A stretch of 64,000 nt of DNA from an uncultured candidate division Zixibacteria bacterium (GTDB taxonomy: Bacteria > Zixibacteria > MSB-5A5 > UBA10806 > 4484-95): the NCBI GenBank assembly GCA_963668625.2, contig CAXXKA010000004.1, positions 128,001-192,000 on the forward strand, in the 5' to 3' direction. Below the pieces are notes generated by a model that searched no databases, was not told the DNA's origin, and saw only the letters and a program-made list of their open reading frames with translations. Below, piece after piece: positions 22,610-31,280 of the stretch. The translations under genes and the position numbers were made by a program. The stretch's first letter is position 1; the number at the start of each line of letters is the position of its first letter.

Positions 22610-24434
22610 GAGCTTCCTTTGCAGAATTGGCGATATCTTCGTTATCGCTTTCACTGAATTTGCGCAACTGATCGGTAGCCCGCTGATCATCATAAGTTCC
22701 GATCAAATTCACTATCGCGATTTGAACGAACGGCGGTTGCTCGTTGAATATCTCCAGTAGTTTATCCAGCGATGTTTTATCCTCTATTGAGGCCAGGGCG
22801 TTTATCGTATAGAATCTCACCCACATGTCGCCGTCGTCCAACAACACTTTTATATTTTCGGCGGCTTCCGCCCCCTTGATAGTGATATAGGCGTCGACAA
22901 CAGCTTTTCTTACTTCGGGATTTTCATCGGACAATAATAGTATCAGGCTTTCCTCGAGCTTCGAGTAGTTCATCTTGGCCAAACCCGTAATCGAATGATG
23001 CCTGACCTCGGCTTCCTCGTGATTCAGCGCCTCGACCATTATCTCGATCGATTCATCCTCGCCTATCCAGCCGAGTCCCCTGACCGCCAGTATTTTACTT
23101 TCGACATCCTCGCCGTGCGCCAGGTTATTTTTGAATATCTCTATAGCCTTCTGTCCGCCTATCAACACCAGCGAACCAAGCGTAGCCTCCCTGACATCGG
23201 GATACTCGTCATTCAGATGTTCGGCTATCTGCTCGACATACGCCTCATCGGCAACCAGCCCAAGCGAGTTAATCGCCTGCGCCCGGACATGACCGACCTC
23301 ATCTTTGGTCAAGTCCAGAAGAGTTTGGATGGATTCCTGGTTGGAGTACTTATTGAGCGTTTTGGCCACGGCCATACGAACATCGGGATTTTCCGATTTT
23401 GCCTGGTTTAAAATGACATCCAAAAGCTCCGGCGATTTCAAGAATGATGAGACCTCGATCAATACGATACGGCTCTCATCGCGGGCATTTTTTAAGCCCT
23501 CGACAAACCTGTTAATTCCGGAATTACCGCAAATCCTCAAAGCTCCCTGAGCAAGATTGATAATCTCCTCATTATCGGAATCGAGAGAATCTACCAGGGC
23601 GCCGACGACTTTATCGCCGCTCCAGAACGCCAGTTCGCTGAGTACCGCTTTTTTGACATCCATATCATCACTGGCAGCCGCTTCAACGAGGTAGTCTATG
23701 AACCTGCCGCCGGTGACATTGAATAAATCTTCGCGGTTTCCCGTACCGGCTATTTTCAGTACCGTTGTTAATACCACATTCCTGAGTTCGGGATTACCGA
23801 CCTTAAGAAGATTTATAAGTTTATTTATAGCTTTCGATGATCCTATTTTGCCTACCGCCTCTACAGCGGCATAGGCCAGCACGACATTGTCCGAGTCGAG
23901 TATTATCGAGAGCTCGGGTAATGCTTCATCCGAACCGATTTTGCCCAGCGACTCAACCGCCTGCAAACTCGAATCGGGATGACTCTTCATGCATTTGATG
24001 AGGGAATTCACCGCTCGGGCCTCTCCGATATGTCCGAGAGCCTCGGCGGCCGAACCAACGACGTTTTCGTTCTTGTCATCAAGCATATTTTCTAAAACTG
24101 AAATGAATTCCGTATCTTTTATCAGCGCCATTATATCAGCAACGAATTTCCGGACATCATGATCCGGTGACTTTGCCTCTTTGATGAGGGCCTTACTGGC
24201 AACACTGCCCATTTTAACCAGCACCTCGGCAACCAGATTTCGTAGGGATATATCAGGATCGGATAACAGCGCGCATAACTGCTCGGCAGCCTCCGGTGTA
24301 GGGTTGGATGACAACTCATAAGCGGCATCCTCCCGCACCATTCGATCGGAGTCTTTAAGCTTTAATACGTTTTCGTTTAAAGCAACATCCGATGCTGCAC
24401 CTGGCTTAAGTAAAGTCGTAGATGTGGGCGACAT
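22596..24434 (-). CDS. HEAT-repeat (PBS lyase-like) protein
   Basis: Repeats of about 31 aa, L.D.D..VR..A..ALG.IG, throughout. Confidence 0.9.
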   Translation of the reverse strand: MSPTSTTLLKPGAASDVALNENVLKLKDSDRMVREDAAYELSSNPTPEAAEQLCALLSDPDISLRNLVAEVLVKMGSVASKALIKEAKSPDHDVRKFVADIMALIKDTEFISVLENMLDDKNENVVGSAAEALGHIGEARAVNSLIKCMKSHPDSSLQAVESLGKIGSDEALPELSIILDSDNVVLAYAAVEAVGKIGSSKAINKLINLLKVGNPELRNVVLTTVLKIAGTGNREDLFNVTGGRFIDYLVEAAASDDMDVKKAVLSELAFWSGDKVVGALVDSLDSDNEEIINLAQGALRICGNSGINRFVEGLKNARDESRIVLIEVSSFLKSPELLDVILNQAKSENPDVRMAVAKTLNKYSNQESIQTLLDLTKDEVGHVRAQAINSLGLVADEAYVEQIAEHLNDEYPDVREATLGSLVLIGGQKAIEIFKNNLAHGEDVESKILAVRGLGWIGEDESIEIMVEALNHEEAEVRHHSITGLAKMNYSKLEESLILLLSDENPEVRKAVVDAYITIKGAEAAENIKVLLDDGDMWVRFYTINALASIEDKTSLDKLLEIFNEQPPFVQIAIVNLIGTYDDQRATDQLRKFSESDNEDIANSAKEALESR

Positions 24435-24451
24435 TTTTCCCCCCGTCTATA

Positions 24452-24784
24452 TTAAAAGCTGGAAATTGCTTGCTTCTCATCTGGAAATATTTCGAAAATG
24501 TTCGTTAACTGAGTGATATCGAAAATCTCTTTTACATAAGGCGCCAAATTCGTAAGACGCATATTGCCCTGAGAATTTCTCACCTCTTTAAGTATAGATA
24601 CCAGTGCGCCCAGGCCGGAGCTGTTTATGAAATCGACCTTATCCATGTTTAAAATCATGTTCTTGGCTTCCCCCGCCAATACTTCTTTGGATACCTCTTT
24701 GAGGGACGACGCGCTGGTCAGATCAAGTCTGCCATGAAGGCATAGAACCGCGACATTGCCCTCTAAACGTTTCTGAATATCCAT
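24452..24784 (-). CDS. STAS anti-sigma factor antagonist (RsbV/SpoIIAA-like)
   Basis: GRLD, VDFINSSGLGALV, VKEIFDITQL. Confidence 0.9.
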   Translation of the reverse strand: MDIQKRLEGNVAVLCLHGRLDLTSASSLKEVSKEVLAGEAKNMILNMDKVDFINSSGLGALVSILKEVRNSQGNMRLTNLAPYVKEIFDITQLTNIFEIFPDEKQAISSF

Positions 24785-24800
24785 ATCAACCTCCAAGTAT

Positions 24801-25235
24801 TTATTTATTCTCTATCTTTTGTTCAGCCCTGGTTGAAAATTCCATGTACACTTCGAATTTATTATTTTCATGTTTATTGAATTCCACCTTGTCGGATAGT
24901 TTTTTTATAATCCGTAAACCCCTTCCAGATTCTGCTGTCTCCGATGGAAAATCGTTCCATTTTATTGTTTTATCGGCAAAACCTGAACCGTCATTGATAA
25001 TTGATGCAACAAACTTATTGTTATTGAAACAGAAGTTAAATTCGACCAGGGCATTACCTGAATCTTTATCGCAATACAAAAAAGCGTTATTGAATGCTTC
25101 AGAAAGAGCGGTGCGAATTCTATAACTCGTCTTATCATCCTTGATCAGATTCCGGGTGACTGTCTCGAAAATCTCCTCAGCCAGGCTAACCGAGGAAATG
25201 GTGACCGGAAATATAACCCTTACCTTATTGGTCAT
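24801..25235 (-). CDS. Anti-sigma factor/Ser kinase (RsbW/SpoIIAB-like)
   Basis: ALSEAFNNA, NDGSGF, ESGRGL.II..L.D. Confidence 0.8.
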   Translation of the reverse strand: MTNKVRVIFPVTISSVSLAEEIFETVTRNLIKDDKTSYRIRTALSEAFNNAFLYCDKDSGNALVEFNFCFNNNKFVASIINDGSGFADKTIKWNDFPSETAESGRGLRIIKKLSDKVEFNKHENNKFEVYMEFSTRAEQKIENK

Positions 25236-26548
25236 TTTTTCACCTCGATTAATAATAGGGTGGTATCATCTACTCGCCCCTGGTCGAATGAGTATTCGAT
25301 CAAAAGGTCTTTCAGCTTTTTGGAAAACTCTGGCCAGTCATCATCCTTATTTTGTTTGAAAAACTCCAGCGAGCCGGCCAATCCCAGCATCTCGCCCTCG
25401 GAATTGACACATTCGAAAATACCGTCGGTGTAAACTATCAACCTGTCGCCTTTGGAAATCTTCACTATGGATTCGGTATATTCCAACTCGGGGAACTGGC
25501 CGACGAATGGACCACCTGTTTTAAGCGATTCGAAACCATCCTTTTTAAACAGGTAGCTCGGAGGATGACCGGCGTTGACTGTTTGAAGAGTATGTTCTTT
25601 CATATCTATCAAGCTGAAAAACATAGTTACGAACATCCCGCCTACATTCGTCATATCTCGGCTCAGATGTTCATTAACTTTGGATACCATATCAGCCAGC
25701 GACTCCATAGAGCCAGCCAGTACTCTTACATATGATCTCACCGAGGTCATAATCAAGGCCGCCGGAATACCCTTGTTCGAGACATCCCCGACGACTATTA
25801 GATATTTCTCATCCCCCATCCCGATTATATCGTAGAAATCACCGCCTACCTGACCGGCCATGTCATAATATGTATGTATTTTTAAACTTTCGTTTTCAAC
25901 AAGGTTGGAGGGCATCAGGGTACTTTGCACATGTTCTGCTATCTGCAACTCGTTTTCCAGCTTCTGGCTGGCTAACGCCTCATGGTGAAGAACCGCGTTT
26001 TTAACCGCCACAGCCGCGAAACTGCCGATCAAATCGAGAGAGAGATTATCGTCGGAGTCGAACTCCTCATCATCTTCCTTATTAGCGATTGCAATTACTC
26101 CTAAAACCTCATCCTGAGATTTCAGGGGCGCGACGATGATCGAGTTGATATTGATAGCAAGATTCTCGACAATTCCATTAATCTGGTAATCAAGATTGTT
26201 AAGCGCCACGACCTCGCCGGTTTCCTTGACTTCATCGATAATACTTTTACCCGACTCGGCCTTGATCTGATTGACGATTTGGATATTTAATCCCCAGCTT
26301 ACTGATTTTGGCTTACCCTCATAATCGAATATCAGGACCTCGCCAACTTCGCCTTTTACCAGACTAAGCGCCGTCTCGATAACCGTCGGAAGGATAATAT
26401 CAAGATTTAGATATGAGGTAAATGCCGAGCCTATGCGTGAGATATCGAGTACTTTGTTAATCTGGTCCTCGAGGCTATCCTCGAGTTGCACCAGTCGTTG
26501 CTCGAGTACCTCGCCAAGTTGAAAGATGTTTTCCATTGATTCAGACAT
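25232..26548 (-). CDS. GAF + PP2C (SpoIIE/RsbU-like) phosphatase
   Basis: GGDFYD, GDVSNKG, NAGHPP, YTDG, DDTT. Confidence 0.92.
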   Translation of the reverse strand: MSESMENIFQLGEVLEQRLVQLEDSLEDQINKVLDISRIGSAFTSYLNLDIILPTVIETALSLVKGEVGEVLIFDYEGKPKSVSWGLNIQIVNQIKAESGKSIIDEVKETGEVVALNNLDYQINGIVENLAININSIIVAPLKSQDEVLGVIAIANKEDDEEFDSDDNLSLDLIGSFAAVAVKNAVLHHEALASQKLENELQIAEHVQSTLMPSNLVENESLKIHTYYDMAGQVGGDFYDIIGMGDEKYLIVVGDVSNKGIPAALIMTSVRSYVRVLAGSMESLADMVSKVNEHLSRDMTNVGGMFVTMFFSLIDMKEHTLQTVNAGHPPSYLFKKDGFESLKTGGPFVGQFPELEYTESIVKISKGDRLIVYTDGIFECVNSEGEMLGLAGSLEFFKQNKDDDWPEFSKKLKDLLIEYSFDQGRVDDTTLLLIEVKK

Positions 26549-26567
26549 ATTTTCACTCCTGATAAAC

Positions 26568-26594
26568 TAATCGGCCTTTTCTCTGGGGAGGTTA
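26568..26594 (-). promoter_or_regulatory. Sigma28-like promoter
   Basis: TAAC-N15-GCCGATTA just upstream of the PP2C gene. Confidence 0.6.
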
Positions 26595-26640
26595 AAAGGA
26601 TGCTGATTTTATATGCTTATTATACGATTTTTGAAACAGG

Positions 26641-27471
26641 TCAGGCCTTCGACACTTTCTGTAAAGCAGAGGCTACCATCTCTTTTACCGAATTGAAAAA
26701 TACCGGTTTACGATAGACTTTCTCTATACCGAATAGCTTCTGGAGGTTCTCCATCTCTTTATCGAAATAGCCTGAGATTAATGCTACGAAAACATTGGGG
26801 TATTTATTATGAAGCCCGCGAACGAGGTCGAATCCGTTTTTACCGGGCATGATAACATCCGAGATGACCATGAGATATTTATCGGGATCGTACCTGGCCA
26901 ATGCCTCATCAACATCAGCGACAATATCCGGCACGAAACCGATTTGCTCGACATAATTGCCGACAAGCGTAGCTACCTCGGGTTGATCATCAACGATCAG
27001 TATCAGTTTGGGAATATGCCTGCCGTGCTCCTCCGGCTCTATTTGTGGCGGCGCGGCAGCGGGCTCCGCTTTCTTCACGGGTTTCGGGGCTGCTTTCTTT
27101 TCGGCAACAACGGCAGCCGCCGGCGGCACGTATTTATCGAAATCACGAATAACATTTACGACTTTGCCGTCTTTATAATCATTATCAACAAACACCATAA
27201 GATGTTTTTTGTAATGAGCCCCCAGATCGGATTCATTATCATCCATTTCGAGAGCCTGCTTCAACCGTTTAATACGGTGAAGGTTCTCCTCATCATGAGT
27301 TAGTACCGCCCAGATATGTTTCATACTCTGGGCAAGTTCGAACTCGATATGGCTGGATGTGATATCGTTATTATCTTTCTCGACATGACCTATCAATATT
27401 GCTTCATACCAATCAGCCTTTATTGCCTGGCTTTTTTCAACGTTGATTTTCTGAGTATTCGGCAGAGCCAT
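26641..27471 (-). CDS. Response regulator with unknown N-terminal domain and C-terminal REC
   Basis: Pro/Ala/Lys linker, then IVDD, SDVIMP, ISG, RKP. Confidence 0.8.
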   Translation of the reverse strand: MALPNTQKINVEKSQAIKADWYEAILIGHVEKDNNDITSSHIEFELAQSMKHIWAVLTHDEENLHRIKRLKQALEMDDNESDLGAHYKKHLMVFVDNDYKDGKVVNVIRDFDKYVPPAAAVVAEKKAAPKPVKKAEPAAAPPQIEPEEHGRHIPKLILIVDDQPEVATLVGNYVEQIGFVPDIVADVDEALARYDPDKYLMVISDVIMPGKNGFDLVRGLHNKYPNVFVALISGYFDKEMENLQKLFGIEKVYRKPVFFNSVKEMVASALQKVSKA

Positions 27472-27536
27472 TTCAGTAATACCCCGAATCGGTTAAATTG
27501 AGTACCCGCGCGTATAACATCGACCTTCGTATATGT

Positions 27537-27563
27537 TAATCGGCATCAATAAATAAAGGATTA
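27537..27563 (-). promoter_or_regulatory. Sigma28-like promoter
   Basis: TAAT-N15-GCCGATTA. Confidence 0.6.
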
Positions 27564-27665
27564 AATGTTTTTTTCGTTATTTATGGGATGATTCAAGTTG
27601 AAAATGGATTATTATAAGTGCTATTAGACAGGATAATTGGACGATAAGCTGGATTTAGCTGATAC

Positions 27666-28460
27666 CTATCGTGCCCCGATTGGCAATTGATTGTAATAGA
27701 AATTACCGCCCCGGTAAGCATCGTCGATATAATTACCGGCTATGCCGAGACTGATATGCTGGATATTATAGCCAACCCCGATCTGGAATCTACCATCAGT
27801 CAAATACTGCGCGGCCAGGCGGAGTTTACTGTCTATGGTGAACTCCATCCGCAACTTCGCCCGGACATCCTCCAATTGCTCGTTCTCCCGCATCCAGGCA
27901 TCCGCCGACACCCTCAGCTTGAGATTATTGGCTTTGATTCCTATGCCAACCACATACAAGCGCTTAACCTGGTAGCCATCGAATTTGGGCTGGTTGATAT
28001 CATCCACCACGGCCGCCAGATTGACAAAGGGCATGGGTGTATACAGCGTACCCAATTTCCAGATCTGCTTATCCTTGTACATTTCATTGCCATTGAAATA
28101 AGCGATCGATAAACCCCAGTAGAAATTTGGGAATAGAAGCTTACTGCCGGCGAACAGGAATTTACGCCGGAAAACACCATTGGTATGATTAAGCCATTGC
28201 ACCGAAAGCAGTGTGCCCCTGGTTGCCAGCATGAAACCATCATCGCCTTTGATAGTGGAGTCGGTGGTGGCGTGCATATAGCGGAGGGCCATCATGGGGC
28301 CGTTTGCCAGGTTAGCGGGATTGAAAAATCCGACCGAGATATCATCCCCGGTAGCGATAGACTGGCTGAACACATCCATATCGGAGTCGATATCGCCCTG
28401 GGCGAATATGGAGGGAGCGAGTAATAGGATCAGGCAAACCATGACAAACAGGTATTTCAT
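27666..28460 (-). CDS. Exported beta-rich protein, probable outer-membrane barrel (FadL/PorV-like N-terminal motif)
   Basis: Signal peptide MKYLFVMVCL..IFA, FFNPANL motif, amphipathic strands. Confidence 0.5.
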   Translation of the reverse strand: MKYLFVMVCLILLLAPSIFAQGDIDSDMDVFSQSIATGDDISVGFFNPANLANGPMMALRYMHATTDSTIKGDDGFMLATRGTLLSVQWLNHTNGVFRRKFLFAGSKLLFPNFYWGLSIAYFNGNEMYKDKQIWKLGTLYTPMPFVNLAAVVDDINQPKFDGYQVKRLYVVGIGIKANNLKLRVSADAWMRENEQLEDVRAKLRMEFTIDSKLRLAAQYLTDGRFQIGVGYNIQHISLGIAGNYIDDAYRGGNFYYNQLPIGAR

Positions 28461-28558
28461 AATGGCTTGTATGATATGCAACAACTATAGTTCCGGGCAA
28501 GCTATTTTTTTATTTTTGTGTATGGGGTGGAAACCAACGAATCTCTCTATCAAAAACC

Positions 28559-28647
28559 GTAGGGGCTGGTCTAAGACCAGACCGGGAGAGCATATAATAG
28601 CTGTACTGCTGAAATTAAACACGGAGCGATCTTAGATCGCCCCCTAA
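28559..28647. repeat. 89-bp GTAG REP-doublet (REPIN-like), copy 1
   Basis: GTAGGGGC-TGGTCTAAGACCA-GACC...GGAGC-GATCTTAGATC-GCCCCCTAA. Confidence 0.85.
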
Positions 28648-28940
28648 TTTTCAATTACACTGAGCAGGAAGAAATCCTTTCCTTCCTGCTTTATTCATGC
28701 AGTATGTTGCTGGAAGAGTAATAATAACATGAAAAAACCGATGCCCCATCTCACGGCGAAGCCTGAGGTGGGACAGTATGAATCTGGCAGTCTGCTAATA
28801 TTCCAGCAGTCTGCCCGGCGCGTATATCGATATACCCCTGCTCGCCCTCTCTCTGCTTTCCCCTCTCATTACGAAGCGCTGCTTCGTAATGCTGCTGTTA
28901 GCGGCAGAATAGCACATCTCCACCAGCGCCAACATTTTCC

Positions 28941-29029
28941 GTAGGGGCTGGTCTAAGACCAGACCGCGAGAGCCTACAACAGCTGTACTGCTGAAATTAA
29001 ACACGGAGCGATCTTAGATCGCCCCCTAC
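28941..29029. repeat. 89-bp GTAG REPIN-like element, copy 2
   Basis: Near-identical to copy 1, ends CTAC; overlaps the TPR gene stop codon. Confidence 0.88.
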
Positions 29030-31068
29030 TCGCTCTCTCGCTGCTTTCTCTCCGCCTCGATTTCGGCTTTGATCTGGGCCAGTTCGTGGTCGGGGTTGCC
29101 GCCTAGCATTTTGATACCGGAAAACGATTTTAAAGTTCTTTCATTATTAGCACCTAATATTCTATACCATATCTTGAATGCATCAATGAAATATGGTAAT
29201 CCCTTATTAGGTTTCTTTAACATGTTATAACAATAAGCTATATTTTCATTGCTTGTAGCTATAGATGGATGTTCCTCTATAAGCAGTTCTAATTTAATTC
29301 CAAGCGCTTTTTTAAAATAAACCATTGCATTTTCATAATCATCTTTCGAAAAATATATTCCGCCAATATTGTTATAACACGTTGCAACCGATAGATTCTT
29401 TTCTCCAAAAATATTTCTTAATATCGTAAGTGCTTTACTATAATTATATAGAGCTATATCAAAATCACACTGAGTTTTATAAACAATACCTAAATTATTG
29501 TAACTCATAGCTACTTCTGGATGATTTTCACCATAGATTTTTAACCTAATTACATACGCTTTTTTAAAATATTCAAGAGCACCATTGTAATCGCCTTGCA
29601 AAAATAATAAACCGCCGATATTGCCATAAGTTGACGCAACATCTGGATGTCTTTCTCCAAATATCTTAATATTAATAATTATTGCTTTATTAAAATTACC
29701 TAAAGCTTTGTCATAGTTTTCTTTGACCTTTTGAATTGAACCAATATTATTATAACTTGTAGCTACTAATGGATGATATTCTCCAAGCATTTTTTTAGAT
29801 ATGCTAAGCGCCTTAGAATAATAATTATGTGCTTCGTTATATTTTCCTTGCTTCTCTAATATGCCACCGATATTGTTATAACTAATTGCTACCAATGGAT
29901 GTTTTTCTGTAAAGATGGCTCTTAAAATACTAAGAGCTTTGTTAAAAAACTCAAACGCTTTTCTATAATCACCTCTTGTGCTAAAAACGCTGCCAATATT
30001 ATTGTAAGTTGATGCAATATAGTGATAATTCTCACAATTAATTTCAAGCAATATATTAAGAGCTTTTTTATAATAATTCAAAGCACTATCATAATCTGCT
30101 GTTGATTCTAGTATTAAACCTATATTATTATAATCTACTGCTGTTCTAGGGTGCTTATCTCCTTTAACTTTAATATCAATTTTCAATGCTCTATAGAAAT
30201 AATCCAATGCTCTATTATAATCGCTTTTAAGCCGCAATACTTCTCCAATATTATTTAAGAGCATAGAATATTCATCGTCTTGTATTTCCGTTTTATTTTC
30301 TTTTAGAATTAAAGCTTCTCTATAGTATCTCAGTGCATCATCATATAAACCCAATTCATCACTTACTAAGCCAACAAAGTTTAATATCTCAATATCATCC
30401 GGCTTATATTTAACTGCCTCTTTATAACATTCAAGCGCATCCTGATATTTCAACTGATAATAAGCTGAATCACCTTTGGCTTTGTAGGCTAATGCCATCT
30501 CCTTATTACGTTGTTCCTCAAGCTGCCGCCAGGCCGTATCCATCATTTTGATATATTCATCAGCCAGTTTCTCACCATCAACGTATTCGCCAATTGTAAT
30601 TAAAGCAATAGCCTCATCAAGCTCCGCAGATATCGGCAGTTTTTCGCCGGTATCTTTTAAAGCCTGCAAACGTTCTAATAAGCTCTGGGCTTTTTGTTTT
30701 GCTTCCTCGGAAGGTTTCGGCTTATCGAATTCTGAGGCTCCAGACATTTTTGGCGATAGTTCATTGATAATTTCCATCGTTGCCGCACGGATTGAAGCTT
30801 TAATTTCATCTTTAGATTCAATTACTACTTTTTTTGTGTCTTCAATTTCTCTAATAATTAGATTTGAATGAATCTCTATCACTTCTGTGATTTCAGTAAT
30901 AGTAGTAATCCGCGCATTTTTAACATCATACTTTGTAGCATTACCCCTGAGATGTGTATCAATCCCGGCATCCCTGTAAGCCTGCCTCACAGCGCGATCC
31001 ATCAGCAGCTTATAGCCATCCTTTGCGAGGCCGTAAACGCCGGTTACTATTCCGAATATGTCTGCCAA
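29026..31068 (-). CDS. Tetratricopeptide repeat protein (42-aa kinesin-light-chain-type TPRs)
   Basis: Tandem HP.VA.SYNNIG.....G.Y..AL....KAL repeats; visibly AT-rich. Confidence 0.9.
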   Translation of the reverse strand: MADIFGIVTGVYGLAKDGYKLLMDRAVRQAYRDAGIDTHLRGNATKYDVKNARITTITEITEVIEIHSNLIIREIEDTKKVVIESKDEIKASIRAATMEIINELSPKMSGASEFDKPKPSEEAKQKAQSLLERLQALKDTGEKLPISAELDEAIALITIGEYVDGEKLADEYIKMMDTAWRQLEEQRNKEMALAYKAKGDSAYYQLKYQDALECYKEAVKYKPDDIEILNFVGLVSDELGLYDDALRYYREALILKENKTEIQDDEYSMLLNNIGEVLRLKSDYNRALDYFYRALKIDIKVKGDKHPRTAVDYNNIGLILESTADYDSALNYYKKALNILLEINCENYHYIASTYNNIGSVFSTRGDYRKAFEFFNKALSILRAIFTEKHPLVAISYNNIGGILEKQGKYNEAHNYYSKALSISKKMLGEYHPLVATSYNNIGSIQKVKENYDKALGNFNKAIIINIKIFGERHPDVASTYGNIGGLLFLQGDYNGALEYFKKAYVIRLKIYGENHPEVAMSYNNLGIVYKTQCDFDIALYNYSKALTILRNIFGEKNLSVATCYNNIGGIYFSKDDYENAMVYFKKALGIKLELLIEEHPSIATSNENIAYCYNMLKKPNKGLPYFIDAFKIWYRILGANNERTLKSFSGIKMLGGNPDHELAQIKAEIEAERKQRESE

Positions 31069-31122
31069 TTCATTTCCCCCGTACGTATCAAAAGCAGTTT
31101 ATTGATTTACCCCTGTGGTTTT

Positions 31123-31151
31123 ATTATAACACATAGCACATTAACAGGCAA
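31123..31151 (-). promoter_or_regulatory. Sigma70 promoter of the TPR gene
   Basis: TTGCCT-N17-TATAAT with extended TG. Confidence 0.6.
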
Positions 31152-31171
31152 GACAATAGCATAATTCACCC

Positions 31172-31260
31172 GTAGGGGCTGGTCTAAGACCAGACCGGGA
31201 GAGCATATAACAGCTGTACTGCTGAAATTAAACACGGAGCGATCTTAGATCGCCCCCTAC
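31172..31260. repeat. 89-bp GTAG REPIN-like element, copy 3
   Basis: Near-identical to copies 1 and 2, same orientation, GTAG...CTAC ends. Confidence 0.88.
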
Positions 31261-31280
31261 GTAAGTTAAATAAATATTCC

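Noticed and set aside
5552-28635. Many plus-strand ORFs of 60-205 aa
   Set aside because: Antisense shadows of well-supported minus-strand genes
28729-29004. Short ORFs between repeat copies 1 and 2
   Set aside because: They run into the repeat and show no recognisable coding signal
28559-31260. 89-bp repeats as a CRISPR array
   Set aside because: Repeats are too long, gaps are 293 bp and about 2.1 kb, and there are no cas genes
28559-31260. Repeats as integron attC sites
   Set aside because: No RYYYAAC/GTTRRRY ends and no integron integrase; GTAG/CTAC ends fit REP elements
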